Both the position numbers and the translations under genes were made by a program. DNA of 64,000 bases from an uncultured Prochlorococcus sp. (GTDB lineage: Bacteria > Cyanobacteriota > Cyanobacteriia > PCC-6307 > Cyanobiaceae). Shown one piece after another: positions 9,569 through 21,225 of this stretch (position 1 is its first letter; each line of letters opens with the position of its first letter). The notes beneath the pieces were generated by a model that saw only the letters and a list, made by a program, of their open reading frames with translations, was not told where the DNA came from and did not search any database. The stretch is taken from assembly GCA_902623195.1 (NCBI GenBank), contig CACNSV010000002.1, positions 38,036 to 102,035 on the forward strand, in the 5' to 3' direction.

Positions 9569-12166
9569 ATGGCCGATAATAAAGACAATGGAGAAAATGA
9601 ATTGAATGATGATAATAACCGCATTATCCAAACTGATCTGAGAAACGAGATGTCTCGATCTTATCTTGAATACGCGATGAGTGTCATCGTAGGTAGAGCA
9701 TTGCCTGATGCGAGAGATGGACTCAAACCTGTTCATAGAAGAATACTGTATGCGATGTATGAACTCGGTTTAACGAGCAGTAGACCTTATCGAAAATGTG
9801 CAAGAGTTGTTGGTGAAGTTCTTGGTAAATATCACCCTCATGGTGATACCGCTGTATATGATGCTCTTGTAAGGATGGCGCAAGATTTCTCTATGAGAAT
9901 GCCTCTGATAGATGGTCATGGGAATTTTGGTTCAGTAGATAGTGATCCTCCTGCTGCAATGAGATATACAGAATCACGATTAAAAGCTTTAACAGATGAA
10001 GGCTTGCTAGAGGATATTGAATCAGAAACTGTTGATTTCTCCGATAACTTTGATGGCTCACAGCAAGAGCCCACTGTTTTACCTGCCAGAATTCCACAAC
10101 TTCTTCTAAATGGCTCTTCTGGGATAGCTGTTGGTATGGCAACAAATATACCTCCACATAACTTAGGAGAATTAATAGATGGTTTAGAAGGTCTAATCAA
10201 AGATCCTGGATTAGAAGAAAAAGATTTATTTGAATTTATCAAAGGACCAGATTTTCCTACAGGTGGACAAATACTAGGAAAAGAAGGTATCAGAGAAACA
10301 TATCTTTCTGGGAAGGGATCAATAACTATGAGAGGTGTTGCTGAAGTTCAACAAATAAAGTCCCCAGGAAGACCTGAAAGGGATGCTGTAATTATTACTG
10401 AATTACCTTTTCAAACAAATAAAGCAGCTTTAATTGAAAGAATTGCAGATTTAGTGAATGATAAAAAGTTAGAAGGAATCTCGGATATTAGGGACGAGAG
10501 TGATAGAGACGGAATGAGAATTGTTATCGAATTAAAGAGAGATTCATATCCTCAGGTGGTTTTAAATAATTTATTTAAATTAACTCCCCTACAAAATAAC
10601 TTTAGTGCAAATATATTAGCGCTTGTTAATGGGGAACCTACAACACTCTCACTTAAAAAAATGTTAGAGGTTTTTTTAGATTTTAGGATTGAAACTATAA
10701 GAAGAAGAACCAATTTCTTACTACGAAAAGCTGAAGAAAGAGATCATATTATTCAGGGTTTGCTAATAGCTCTTAATAGTTTGGATGAAATTATCAACTT
10801 AATAAGAGGCGCAAAAGATACCACTTCTGCTAGAGAGCAGTTGCAATTAAATCATGAATTATCTTTAATTCAGGCTGATGCTATCTTGCAAATGCAGCTT
10901 CGTAGATTGACAGCACTTGAGGCAGACAAAATTAAAGATGAACATGATGAACTTACTAAAAAAATCTTAGAATATAAAAATATTTTGAATGATAAAGATA
11001 AGATTCTTGAAATAATTTTGAATGAACTTAAAAAAATAAGAGATAGATTTGATTCCCCAAGGAAGACAGAAATACTAAATTTAGGTGCAGGATTAGAAGA
11101 TATTGATTTAATAGCAAATGAAAGATCCGTCGTCTTAATAACAAAGACTGGTTATCTTAAAAGAATGCCAGTTAGCGAATTTGAATCAACTAGTAGAGGC
11201 TCAAGAGGTAAAGCTGGAACCAAAAATCAAGGAGATGATGAAGTTAAGTTATTCATAAGTTGTAATGATCATGATACTCTTTTACTTTTTAGCGATAGAG
11301 GTGTAGCTTATGCTCTTCCAGCATATAGAGTTCCACTGAGTAGTAGAACTGCTAAAGGTACTCCGTCTGTTCAACTACTTCCTATACCAAGAGAAGAACA
11401 AATAACTTCATTGTTATCTGTTGAATCTTTTGAAAATGATAATTATTTATTGATGCTTACAAAGGGCGGTTTCATAAAGAGAACCCCTCTCTCAGCTTTT
11501 TCAAAAATACGTTCAAATGGTCTAATTGCTATTAGTTTAGAAGAGGGAGATGCTCTGACTTGGGTAAGGTCTTCTAGCGAAGGTGATAGTGTCTTAATTG
11601 GTTCAAGTAAAGGTATGACAATTCATTTCAGACTTGATATAAACGAATTAAGGCCACTTGGTAGAACAGCTAGAGGGGTAAAATCAATGAATTTAAGAGA
11701 TGGAGATCAACTCGTTTCAATGGATGTACTAACCTCTGAACTTGTAGAGCAATTATCTACTATGAATGATATTGATTCCAATGATGACTTGGAAGATAAT
11801 TTAACAGAGGGACCATGGGTCTTAGTTGCCAGTTCATTTGGCTTAGGTAAAAGAGTTCCTGTAACTCAGTTTAGATTGCAAAAACGAGCAGGGATGGGCC
11901 TGAAAGCTATTAAATTCAGAATTAATAATGATGTTCTTGTAGGCTTAAAAGTTCTTGGTAAAGGAGAGGAGATCCTTCTTGTTACAGAGAAAGGAGTAAT
12001 AGTAAGAACAAATGCAGATAAGATTTCTCAACAATCTAGATCTGCTACTGGGGTGAGACTTCAGAAACTTGATGAAGGCGATCATTTAGCAGAAGTTGTC
12101 TTGGTCCCTCATGAACAGATAGATGATGAAAATATTGAAAAAATTATAGATAATAATATTCAATAA
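9569..12166 (+). CDS. gyrA: DNA gyrase subunit A
   Basis: [41 protein letters not shown] (catalytic Tyr), C-terminal beta-pinwheel repeats and an acidic tail. Confidence 0.96.
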   Translation: MADNKDNGENELNDDNNRIIQTDLRNEMSRSYLEYAMSVIVGRALPDARDGLKPVHRRILYAMYELGLTSSRPYRKCARVVGEVLGKYHPHGDTAVYDALVRMAQDFSMRMPLIDGHGNFGSVDSDPPAAMRYTESRLKALTDEGLLEDIESETVDFSDNFDGSQQEPTVLPARIPQLLLNGSSGIAVGMATNIPPHNLGELIDGLEGLIKDPGLEEKDLFEFIKGPDFPTGGQILGKEGIRETYLSGKGSITMRGVAEVQQIKSPGRPERDAVIITELPFQTNKAALIERIADLVNDKKLEGISDIRDESDRDGMRIVIELKRDSYPQVVLNNLFKLTPLQNNFSANILALVNGEPTTLSLKKMLEVFLDFRIETIRRRTNFLLRKAEERDHIIQGLLIALNSLDEIINLIRGAKDTTSAREQLQLNHELSLIQADAILQMQLRRLTALEADKIKDEHDELTKKILEYKNILNDKDKILEIILNELKKIRDRFDSPRKTEILNLGAGLEDIDLIANERSVVLITKTGYLKRMPVSEFESTSRGSRGKAGTKNQGDDEVKLFISCNDHDTLLLFSDRGVAYALPAYRVPLSSRTAKGTPSVQLLPIPREEQITSLLSVESFENDNYLLMLTKGGFIKRTPLSAFSKIRSNGLIAISLEEGDALTWVRSSSEGDSVLIGSSKGMTIHFRLDINELRPLGRTARGVKSMNLRDGDQLVSMDVLTSELVEQLSTMNDIDSNDDLEDNLTEGPWVLVASSFGLGKRVPVTQFRLQKRAGMGLKAIKFRINNDVLVGLKVLGKGEEILLVTEKGVIVRTNADKISQQSRSATGVRLQKLDEGDHLAEVVLVPHEQIDDENIEKIIDNNIQ

Positions 12167-12201
12167 ATAAATTTAAATACAAAATATGACCTGACTAATT
12201 T

Positions 12202-13422
12202 ATGAACAATATAGAAATACTAGATATTATAATATTAGGATCTGGTCCAGCAGCGCTATGTTTGGCGGCTGAATTGGCAAATAGAGATTTAAATATCAAG
12301 TGTATATCTACTAATTCTCCTTATGACAAATGGAGTAATACTTATGGTATTTGGGCTTCCGAGCTTGAAGAATTGGGATTGGAGTCACTTTTGTCTCATA
12401 GGTGGTCATCTACTGTAAGTTTCTTTGGTAATGGTTTAGATAAACAAGGTAATTTACCTACAGATCATAAATATGATTATGGATTAATAGATAGAGAGGC
12501 CTTTCAGGAAGCTTTGTTAAAAAAATGCTCAGGAATTAGCTGGATAAATGATAAAGCTATAAAAATTTGCACAATAAATAAAATCTCTCAAGTAGTTTGT
12601 GAAACAGGTTTAATATTAAAATCAAGATTGGTAATTGATGCTAGCGGGCATAAAAGTAAGTTTATTAAAAGACCTTTTTCTAAGAAAGTAGCTCAACAAG
12701 CTGCTTACGGAGTAGTTGGTAAGTTTTCCTCACCGCCAGTTCATAAGGATCAATTTGTCTTAATGGACTATCGTTCAGATCATTTAAATAAGAAAGAATT
12801 ATCTGAATCACCTTCATTTTTATATGCTATGGATCTTGGGAATGATATTTATTTTGTAGAAGAGACTTCGTTAGCAAGTTTTCCCGCTCTATCCTTTGAT
12901 TATCTAAAGAAAAGGTTAATCAATAGATTGAGAAAGAGAGGGATTACTATTGAAAAAATTATTCATGAAGAGAATTGTCTTTTCCCCATGAATCTGCCTT
13001 TACCTCTAAGAACTCAACCAATATTAGCTTTCGGAGGAGCCGCAAGTATGGTCCATCCTGCTTCTGGATATATGGTAGGTTCTCTTTTAAGGAGAGCACC
13101 AATGCTGGCTAAACAATTAAATATATATTTGCAAGACCCCTCTTTAACTTCTGTACAATTAGCTCAAAAAGGATGGAAAGTATTATGGCCAAATGAACTT
13201 ATTCAAAGACATAAGCTTTATCAATATGGCCTTAAAAGGCTTATGAGCTTTGATGAAAAAATGCTAAGGAGCTTCTTCTTGAATTTTTTCCAGTTATCTA
13301 CAAAAGAATGGGCAGGCTTTTTAACGAATACTCTTCCCTTGCCTAAGCTAATTTATGTAATGACAAAAATGTTTGTTAAATCTCCATTAAATATAAAACT
13401 TGGAATGTTAAAAATTAATTAA
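12202..13422 (+). CDS. crtL: Lycopene cyclase, CrtL family (probably beta-cyclase)
   Basis: GSGPA FAD motif, NTYGIW, FVLMDYR, FLYAM, FVEETSL, GGAASMVHPASGY. Confidence 0.9.
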   Translation: MNNIEILDIIILGSGPAALCLAAELANRDLNIKCISTNSPYDKWSNTYGIWASELEELGLESLLSHRWSSTVSFFGNGLDKQGNLPTDHKYDYGLIDREAFQEALLKKCSGISWINDKAIKICTINKISQVVCETGLILKSRLVIDASGHKSKFIKRPFSKKVAQQAAYGVVGKFSSPPVHKDQFVLMDYRSDHLNKKELSESPSFLYAMDLGNDIYFVEETSLASFPALSFDYLKKRLINRLRKRGITIEKIIHEENCLFPMNLPLPLRTQPILAFGGAASMVHPASGYMVGSLLRRAPMLAKQLNIYLQDPSLTSVQLAQKGWKVLWPNELIQRHKLYQYGLKRLMSFDEKMLRSFFLNFFQLSTKEWAGFLTNTLPLPKLIYVMTKMFVKSPLNIKLGMLKIN

Positions 13423-15007
13423 TATTTTTAGACCAATCTGTAAGATTAATGTCTGGGAATATTTTATCTTCCTTTTCAATATTCTCTAAAAAGGTTAAAT
13501 CGATTGATTCTTTTTTATTTAAACATCTAACTAATTTCCAAAATCTTGAAAGATGCCTCTCAATTCTCTCCTTTGCTAATTCAGTAGTAGTTCCTGCACG
13601 TAATATAAAACTCCAATCGGATGATTCTGAAAGAAGTAATTCTCTGGCAGCTTGCATTAGAATTCTTTTCGATAATTCATCCTCAATATTTCTAGAATTT
13701 ACTTCAATAAAAGTTGATCCTGCCTTTGTAATCTCTGGGACAACCCATGCATTTGTATCATTTATCCAATAATTGTGAAAACCGCCTTGCCCCCAACTAG
13801 ATGGAGAAGGTTCACATACTTGAATTTGTGGAGATAAGGACAAAATCTCCCTAAGGTGAGTTAATCTAATCAAGTGTTTTTTTGAATTTTTAAAAATATT
13901 TTTTAGGAATTTTGGTCCTTCATACCACCAATGACCAAATAATTCTGCATCGAAAGGAGCGATTAGTATTGGATTGAATTTGAAATCAGCACTTAACTTT
14001 TTTAATTGTTCAGATCTTTTAGAAAGATATATTTCTGAATGTTCTTCAGCTTTTTTTTCAGCTAAACTTTCTTCATAAAAATCTTTTTCACCTAAAGGTA
14101 TTGAATTATTGGTTATCTTATGAAACTTCAATCCTAGAGGCCTCATGCTTGAAATACCATTTTCTTTTAATTTAGTTAGGGGCAAATCCCATCCTAAATC
14201 TTTATGATATTCCCTATATAAAGGATCACCTGGGAATCCATCTTTCGCCGACCAAACAGGTAAAGTTGATTGACTGTCTCTTCCAAAAAATGCGACGCCA
14301 TTTTTAGAACAAATTGGAGCATATACTCCATATCTTGGCCTAGGCTTGGAATTTAAAATCCCATGTCCATCTAAAACAGCATATCTAATACCACATTCGG
14401 ATAGGATCTTATCAAGATTTTCATAATACGCACATTCTGGCAACCATATGCCTAAAGGTTTAACATTAAATGTGCTCTGGTGATGTCTAACGGCGGTCTT
14501 GATTTGTCCTACAACAGTTTCTGGATTTTCTCTAAGTATTGGAAGATAACCATGAGTTGCAGCACAAGTAATAATATCTAAACAGTTTCTATCTAATAAA
14601 TATTTAAATCTATTTAATATTTTACCTGAATATTTTTCCCAATAAATTAATTGATCTGTGATGTTTTTTAAAAGAAATTGAGAAGCATTTTTTTGTTCTT
14701 CTGGTAATTCCTTTAATAACTTGATTCTTGTATTTATCCATTCAGGAAATTTCCCCTGAAGCTCTGAACTCTGAAATAGAGAGATTAAAGTCGGAGATAA
14801 GCTAAGAGTTAATTTTGCATTATCAGAATCTAATTTTATGGATTCTTCCAGTACCCTAATTAAAGGAAGATAGCATTCTAATACTGCTTGAAAAAACCAA
14901 TCTTCCTCCAAAGAATTTTTTTCGTTTTTTCTTACATATGGAAGATGTGCATGAAGAATAAACGCTAAGTTACCAAGATATTTATTTTTAGTGAGATTAT
15001 CCTTCAT
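13415..15007 (-). CDS. Glycoside hydrolase family 57 / DUF1957 protein (branching-enzyme type)
   Basis: HAHLPYV, GIWLPECAY (nucleophile Glu), PFDAELFGHWWYEG, ESSDWSF. Confidence 0.92.
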   Translation of the reverse strand: MKDNLTKNKYLGNLAFILHAHLPYVRKNEKNSLEEDWFFQAVLECYLPLIRVLEESIKLDSDNAKLTLSLSPTLISLFQSSELQGKFPEWINTRIKLLKELPEEQKNASQFLLKNITDQLIYWEKYSGKILNRFKYLLDRNCLDIITCAATHGYLPILRENPETVVGQIKTAVRHHQSTFNVKPLGIWLPECAYYENLDKILSECGIRYAVLDGHGILNSKPRPRYGVYAPICSKNGVAFFGRDSQSTLPVWSAKDGFPGDPLYREYHKDLGWDLPLTKLKENGISSMRPLGLKFHKITNNSIPLGEKDFYEESLAEKKAEEHSEIYLSKRSEQLKKLSADFKFNPILIAPFDAELFGHWWYEGPKFLKNIFKNSKKHLIRLTHLREILSLSPQIQVCEPSPSSWGQGGFHNYWINDTNAWVVPEITKAGSTFIEVNSRNIEDELSKRILMQAARELLLSESSDWSFILRAGTTTELAKERIERHLSRFWKLVRCLNKKESIDLTFLENIEKEDKIFPDINLTDWSKNIN

Positions 15008-15231
15008 ATAAAAATATCAAAAAGATTATTAAAGGCTCTGAACTTTACTCAGTAGCATTATTAATTAATTTTTATAGAATACTTTAGTTATGAGAAGAAA
15101 TGATTTTTAATAAAAATAAATTAACTAATTTTGGTTATTAAAATTTGTTATTTCATTATTATCTGCTTTCTAAGGAGCATGTAGTAATTTTTTTTTAATT
15201 CTATTATTATAAATGTAGAGATTTTATACTA

Positions 15232-16872
15232 ATGTCCAAAGATCCAGGAAGAATATTGATCTTTGATACTACTCTCAGAGATGGGGAACAATCTCCAGGT
15301 GCTAGTTTAAATCTGGAAGAAAAGCTAGCAATTGCTCATCAATTAGCAAGATTAGGTGTAGATGTAATTGAAGCAGGTTTTCCTTTCGCAAGCCCAGGTG
15401 ATTTTAAAGCGGTTAATAAAATAGCTGAGGTTGTCACAGGAGAAAGTGGCCCCACTATTTGTGGACTAGCAAGGGCTGCAAGACATGACATCAAAGCTTG
15501 CTTTGAAGCTTTAAGTCCTGCTCCAAAAAAAAGGATTCATACATTCATAGCAACGAGTGATATTCACTTAGAGCATAAATTAAAAAAATCTAGAAAAGAT
15601 GTTCTCTCGATTGTGCCTGAAATGGTTAATTATGCGAAATCATTTGTAGATGATGTGGAATTCTCTTGTGAAGATGCCTCAAGAAGTGATCCTGAATTTC
15701 TTTATGAAGTAATTCAGGCAGCAATCTCCGCAGGAGCTAATACTATTAATATTCCTGATACCGTTGGATTTTCAACTCCAAGTGAATTTGGAAAATTAAT
15801 TTCTGATATTAATAATAATGTCCCAAATATTGATGAAGCGATCATATCTGTGCATGGTCATAATGACTTAGGACTTGCTGTAGCAAATTTTTTGGAGGCT
15901 GTTAAAAATGGAGCAAGACAACTGGAATGTACAGTCAATGGTATAGGAGAGAGAGCAGGTAATGCATCTTTAGAAGAATTAGTAATGGCTCTACATGTCA
16001 GAAAAAGATTTTATAATAAATTTTTTAATAGAACTGAAGATTGTCCTACACCTTTAACTGCTGTACGAACAGAGGAAATTACTAAAACATCAAGGTTGGT
16101 TTCTAATTTAACAGGAATGAATGTTCAACCTAATAAAGCTATTGTCGGTGCAAATGCTTTTGCACATGAATCAGGAATTCATCAAGATGGTGTTTTAAAG
16201 AATCGATTAACTTATGAAATTATTGATGCCAAAACTGTTGGATTGAATAATAATAAAATTTCCCTTGGTAAGCTCAGTGGAAGGAGCGCTGTCAGAGCAA
16301 GATTAGAAGAAATGGGATACGATCTGAGCAGAGAAGATCTTAATGATGCGTTTGCGAGATTCAAAGATTTAGCAGATAGGAAAAGAGAAATAACTGATAG
16401 AGATTTAGAGGCAATAGTCAGTGAACAAGTACAATTACCAGAATCTAAATTTCAAATTAAACTCGTCCAGGTAAGTTGTGGTAATGAATCAAAACCTACA
16501 GCTACTATTACACTATTTGATACTGAAGAACTTGTTGAAAATACAGTGGTTGCATTAGGAACTGGACCAGTAGATGCTGTTTGTGTAGCCTTAAATACTC
16601 TTGCAAAGGTTCCTAATGAACTTATAGAGTTTTCTGTTAAATCAGTTACTGAGGGGATTGATGCTCTTGGAGAAGTAACAATAAGAATTCGTAATAATGG
16701 AAAAATATATTCTGGCCACTCTGCCGATACAGATGTAGTTGTTGCAGCTGCTAATGCTTATGTTAATGCTCTAAATAGACTTATTTTCTCCGAGAAAAAA
16801 AATTCTATTCATCCTCAATATGATGATTTCAGTAAATCTGAAAATGTTACAATATCTAACCCTGGAGAGTAA
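15232..16872 (+). CDS. leuA: 2-isopropylmalate synthase
   Basis: [39 protein letters not shown] and a regulatory domain with GPVDA. Confidence 0.97.
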   Translation: MSKDPGRILIFDTTLRDGEQSPGASLNLEEKLAIAHQLARLGVDVIEAGFPFASPGDFKAVNKIAEVVTGESGPTICGLARAARHDIKACFEALSPAPKKRIHTFIATSDIHLEHKLKKSRKDVLSIVPEMVNYAKSFVDDVEFSCEDASRSDPEFLYEVIQAAISAGANTINIPDTVGFSTPSEFGKLISDINNNVPNIDEAIISVHGHNDLGLAVANFLEAVKNGARQLECTVNGIGERAGNASLEELVMALHVRKRFYNKFFNRTEDCPTPLTAVRTEEITKTSRLVSNLTGMNVQPNKAIVGANAFAHESGIHQDGVLKNRLTYEIIDAKTVGLNNNKISLGKLSGRSAVRARLEEMGYDLSREDLNDAFARFKDLADRKREITDRDLEAIVSEQVQLPESKFQIKLVQVSCGNESKPTATITLFDTEELVENTVVALGTGPVDAVCVALNTLAKVPNELIEFSVKSVTEGIDALGEVTIRIRNNGKIYSGHSADTDVVVAAANAYVNALNRLIFSEKKNSIHPQYDDFSKSENVTISNPGE

Positions 16873-16949
16873 AATTTTATTTTAAATATTTAATCATTCT
16901 TTGATTTGATCAAGTGATATTGTAGATTTATTTAAAATCCATAAATTTA

Positions 16950-17342
16950 ATGAGAGATAGGATAATCGGATATTGGACACTCTCTTGGATTGGTTTAATT
17001 GCCAACATAGTTGCTTTACCAGTCATTGCGTTAGTAATAAGTTATGGTCCGCCTTTAAAGGTTGCAAATATGACTTTAGCAATAAGCTTAGGTTGGCCTG
17101 CTGCAATAGTGGGGATTGTCTCATCTTCAGCTTTATTAGCTGAGAGAAAATGGGGTGTAACGCTTGCATTAATTTCCCTATCAATGGTAATTTCAGGAGC
17201 ATTACCTTACTCAATAGTAAGATTAATAAATTTGCAAGATTATTCAGGACTTGGAGGTTTAACTTTGATAACTTCTATTTTCAGCGTCTTAGCCTTGTTA
17301 TATTGGTGTTTACCAAATCATAGGAAAAGTATTAGATTATAA
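16950..17342 (+). CDS. Hypothetical membrane protein (about 4 TM segments)
   Basis: 130-aa ORF with four hydrophobic segments, co-directional with leuA. Confidence 0.75.
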   Translation: MRDRIIGYWTLSWIGLIANIVALPVIALVISYGPPLKVANMTLAISLGWPAAIVGIVSSSALLAERKWGVTLALISLSMVISGALPYSIVRLINLQDYSGLGGLTLITSIFSVLALLYWCLPNHRKSIRL

Positions 17343-17346
17343 ATAA

Positions 17347-18822
17347 TTAAGAAAAACTATTATTTTTTGCTGTAGGGTACTGAATCCTTCTATGCCTTAT
17401 TCTTTTCCACACATTTAGAAACGAAATTTTTATAAGATAAATTTCCCCTCTAGAAATATTACTATCTAAAAGCTGGCCATCTTGTATTCTGGAAGTTATT
17501 ATTTTTGAAATTATTTTTAAAGCTTCTTCGTCTGATGCATTTATATCCATTGCTCTTAGAGCTGCTTCACATCCATCAGCTAGCATGAGGATAGCTGTTT
17601 CTTTTGATTGAGGGATAGGTCCTCTATATTTAAAATTATTTTCTGAAATATTTTTATCTCTCTCTTTAGCTTTAAATAAAAAGTATCCCATTTTTAATGT
17701 CCCTTGATGTTCAGGAATAAAGTTAGCAACCGATTTAGGCAGCCTATATTTCCTGGCAATCTGTATTCCTTTATCGACGTGTTCTTGTAAAATTTTTGCA
17801 CTTTCCCATGGATTATCTAGTTCATCATGAGGATTATAACTACCATTTTGATTCTCAATAAACCAATTTGGAGCATGTAACTTCCCAATATCATGATATA
17901 AAGCTCCAGTTCTTATAAGATCAACATTACCACCAATCATTCTTGTGGCTTCCTCTGCTAATCCACAAATCAGTAAAGTGTGTTCATATGTTCCAGGGGC
18001 TTCTATTGAAAGTTTTCTTAAAAGTGGTTTTTCTTGATCTGCAAGCTCAAGTAATCTGGCTTTTGTAACTAACCCAAATATTGATTCTAGGATTGGCATA
18101 AAGATTGTAGACATTAGCATTAGTGCTGCTAATAAAAAAGAATCTGAGATGATATTTCCCTGTTTTGAGATTATGTTTTGGAGATTGAAATTGTATAAAC
18201 TATTATTATCAAAGCCTAAGAAAAAATATTGACCGATAAATGCTCCTAATGGTACTAATATCGATACTTGCAATAGTTGAGCTCTACTCCTAATCTTTCC
18301 ACCGAGAATAGCAACTATACATGATGAAACAAAAGTAATAAGTAATAAATATATATTCATTCCAGTTTGAAAATTTGGCCAATTAATTAAAGCGATTGAA
18401 ACCCAGGCTAATGCTATAGTTGTGCCCATCCCCTGAGAAATTATCAATGTAGGAGGGATAATTAAGGATAAAGGACTTATCCCTTTAATATTAATTTTTA
18501 GAATCTGTACAGTTAGTAAAAGACCAATTAGTAAAAAAATTTGCCTTGAATTTATCCTAGGAGCTTCTTTTTTAGAAATATATACAAGAACTCCGCAACA
18601 AACAAAGATTTCAAAGAAGTTTATAAATACTAGAATTATAAAATTAAAGCTCTGTATGGGCTGTGTGAAAAATTCATATGAAGTAATAATAGAAATAATT
18701 ATACAAATCAATATTATTAAAAATCTATCAATTTTTTTGATTTTAGTTAGTTTCTGAGCAGGGACTTGACTTTTAATCCATAAGTTATTAACTTTTTTTA
18801 TTAGTCTTGTAAGGTTTTGCAC
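17347..18822 (-). CDS. 7TM-HD (HDIG) metal-dependent phosphohydrolase, PgpH-like
   Basis: Multiple N-terminal TM helices, then EAPGTYEH, ALYHDIGK, EHQGT, YRGPIPQSKE, MLADGCEAA. Confidence 0.88.
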   Translation of the reverse strand: MQNLTRLIKKVNNLWIKSQVPAQKLTKIKKIDRFLIILICIIISIITSYEFFTQPIQSFNFIILVFINFFEIFVCCGVLVYISKKEAPRINSRQIFLLIGLLLTVQILKINIKGISPLSLIIPPTLIISQGMGTTIALAWVSIALINWPNFQTGMNIYLLLITFVSSCIVAILGGKIRSRAQLLQVSILVPLGAFIGQYFFLGFDNNSLYNFNLQNIISKQGNIISDSFLLAALMLMSTIFMPILESIFGLVTKARLLELADQEKPLLRKLSIEAPGTYEHTLLICGLAEEATRMIGGNVDLIRTGALYHDIGKLHAPNWFIENQNGSYNPHDELDNPWESAKILQEHVDKGIQIARKYRLPKSVANFIPEHQGTLKMGYFLFKAKERDKNISENNFKYRGPIPQSKETAILMLADGCEAALRAMDINASDEEALKIISKIITSRIQDGQLLDSNISRGEIYLIKISFLNVWKRIRHRRIQYPTAKNNSFS

Positions 18823-18895
18823 AGAATATAAGTAAATCTTTTTCTTTGTCTTAAGATTATAAACATGTTAAGTAAAAAAAGGAGAAATTTTTTTA

Positions 18896-19792
18896 ATGTC
18901 AATAAAATTAGATGGTAAACAGGTTTCTTATGAAATTCAAGAAAGATTGACTAAGACTATTTCCGAAAGCCTTTTAAGTATAAAAAGGCCTCCAAGTCTT
19001 GCTGTCATAAGAGTAGGAGATGATCCCGCAAGTGGTGTATATGTTGCTAATAAAGAAAGGGCATGTGCGAAAGTAGGAATAAATAGCCTAATTCATCATT
19101 TAAAAGAAAATGTGTCTAATCAAAAAGTCGAACAATTAATATATCAATTAAATGCAGATAATGATGTAGATGGGATATTACTTCAATTACCATTACCTAA
19201 AGAGTTAAATGCACAAAAATTAATCAGTCAAATCAATCCTTTAAAAGATGTTGATGGCCTACATGAAACCAATATAGGCAAATTGATAAAATGCGAACCA
19301 GGTTTAAGATCATGCACTCCTGCAGGAATAATCAATCTTTTAAATTCTAAAAATATAAAAATTGAAGGGAAGAATGTTGTTGTGGTAGGAAGAAGTCTAC
19401 TTGTGGGGAAACCAATATCACATATGATGCTTAATTTAAATGGAACAGTAACAATTGCTCATTCCAAAACAAAAAACCTAAAGGATATTTGTCTAAAAGC
19501 AGATATCTTAGTAGTAGCAGCTGGGAAGCCTAAATTTATCGATTCAAGTTTTGTAAAGGAAGGGGCTGTAATAATAGATGTTGGCATTCATAGATTAAAA
19601 AGTTCTAATAATAATGTGACTCAACTGTGTGGAGATGTAATAATGGAGGATGTGATTTCTAAAGTATTTGCCTATACACCAGTTCCTGGTGGGGTTGGCC
19701 CGATGACAGTTACGATGCTATTAGTGAACACTATTGCTAGTTGGCAAAAACGTTGCGGACTTATTTCAACTTTGGATGATCTTTTACCATGA
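18896..19792 (+). CDS. folD: Methylenetetrahydrofolate dehydrogenase/cyclohydrolase
   Basis: [44 protein letters not shown]. Confidence 0.97.
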   Translation: MSIKLDGKQVSYEIQERLTKTISESLLSIKRPPSLAVIRVGDDPASGVYVANKERACAKVGINSLIHHLKENVSNQKVEQLIYQLNADNDVDGILLQLPLPKELNAQKLISQINPLKDVDGLHETNIGKLIKCEPGLRSCTPAGIINLLNSKNIKIEGKNVVVVGRSLLVGKPISHMMLNLNGTVTIAHSKTKNLKDICLKADILVVAAGKPKFIDSSFVKEGAVIIDVGIHRLKSSNNNVTQLCGDVIMEDVISKVFAYTPVPGGVGPMTVTMLLVNTIASWQKRCGLISTLDDLLP

Positions 19793-19829
19793 AAAAAACT
19801 TATAGTTTTAAAATTTAAATTTTTAGATA

Positions 19830-20732
19830 ATGGCCCAAATTATTTCCCAAATTTTTGATTTTGAAAAATATCTAAAAGAAACTAAAAAGGTTGTTGAAGA
19901 AGCTCTTGATTCTTCATTATCTCCTGAAAAACCAGAAATCCTTAGAGAGTCGATGAGATATTCATTGTTGGCAGGGGGGAAGAGGATACGACCAATTTTA
20001 TGTTTGGCATCTTGTTCCTTGGCAGGAGGAGATCCTAAGCTCGCTGTTCCGACAGCGGTTGCTATTGAAATGATTCACACAATGTCATTAATACATGATG
20101 ATTTACCAGCGATGGATAATGATGATTTAAGGAGAGGAAGACCTACTAATCATAAGGTTTATGGAGATGCTATAGCTATCCTTGCTGGAGATGCTCTTTT
20201 AACAAGAGCATTTGAAATGGTTTCCTTAAGAAGTCCAAAAGTTGATTCTAAAAGATTATTAAATGTTGTTGGCGAATTATCCTTAGTAGCAGGTGCTCCT
20301 GGATTGGTTGGTGGTCAGGTTGTTGACCTTGAATGTGAAGGTAAGAAAGTAGACTTGGAAACTCTTGAGTATATTCATTTACATAAAACTGGAGCATTAC
20401 TAAAAGCATGTGTAAGAACAGGCGCAATGATTGCAGGTGCTGATGAAAAGTTACTTGCAGCCTTAACTAGTTACGCTGAGGGCATAGGACTAGCTTTTCA
20501 AATAATTGATGATATTCTTGACGTTACTGCAAGTAGCGAGACGTTGGGTAAAACTGCTGGTAAAGATATTCTGGCAGATAAAACTACTTATCCAAAATTA
20601 CTTGGTTTAGAGGAATCAAAGAAAAGAGCTCTTAACTTGGTTAAAAAGGCAAAAGAAGCTATTATCCCATGGGGTGAAGATGCAAATTATTTGCTTTCTC
20701 TTGCTGACTTCATTACAAATCGAGATAGATAA
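19830..20732 (+). CDS. crtE: Geranylgeranyl diphosphate synthase
   Basis: GGKRIRP, first Asp-rich motif [15 protein letters not shown], second motif FQIIDDILD. Confidence 0.93.
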   Translation: MAQIISQIFDFEKYLKETKKVVEEALDSSLSPEKPEILRESMRYSLLAGGKRIRPILCLASCSLAGGDPKLAVPTAVAIEMIHTMSLIHDDLPAMDNDDLRRGRPTNHKVYGDAIAILAGDALLTRAFEMVSLRSPKVDSKRLLNVVGELSLVAGAPGLVGGQVVDLECEGKKVDLETLEYIHLHKTGALLKACVRTGAMIAGADEKLLAALTSYAEGIGLAFQIIDDILDVTASSETLGKTAGKDILADKTTYPKLLGLEESKKRALNLVKKAKEAIIPWGEDANYLLSLADFITNRDR

Positions 20733-20745
20733 ATGATGAGTTAAT

Positions 20746-21225
20746 ATGACTGAAATATTAGAATTAATAAATAATAAACTACTTTTTTGGAGCTTAATTT
20801 CCTGTTTAACTGCACAAATTTTAAAGATAGTTTTTAACTTTTTTTCTGTAGGTGAAATTAGATTCGGTATCATTTTTGAAACTGGTGGTATGCCTTCAAG
20901 TCATTCTGCTTTAATTACTTCTTTAACTTCAGGATTAGGTATGGATTTGGGTTTTGATGATCCAATATTTGCTCTTGCTGTAGGCATTTCATTGATAGTT
21001 ATGTATGATGCCAGTGGTGTAAGAAGATCTGCTGGATTGAATGCTAAGGAGATCAATAAATTATCAAAAACTATTGATAAAAAATCTTCTTTGAATTTAA
21101 AGGAAACATTAGGTCATTCAAAATTAGAAGTTATTGTTGGCAGTATTTTAGGACCTTTGATTTCCTTACCAGGCATATTTTTTATGGGCTCCCCTTCAAA
21201 CATATTTTATTATATTTTTAATTAA
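20746..21225 (+). CDS. Divergent PAP2-family protein (DUF212)
   Basis: TGGMPSSHSA, VMYDASGVRR, KETLGH motifs. Confidence 0.9.
   Translation: MTEILELINNKLLFWSLISCLTAQILKIVFNFFSVGEIRFGIIFETGGMPSSHSALITSLTSGLGMDLGFDDPIFALAVGISLIVMYDASGVRRSAGLNAKEINKLSKTIDKKSSLNLKETLGHSKLEVIVGSILGPLISLPGIFFMGSPSNIFYYIFN

Noticed and set aside
15008-15231. Leucine attenuator upstream of leuA (weak hairpin near 15164-15180 plus T run)
   Set aside because: There is no Leu-rich leader peptide (only MRRNDF*), and the stem is weak and separated from the T tract.
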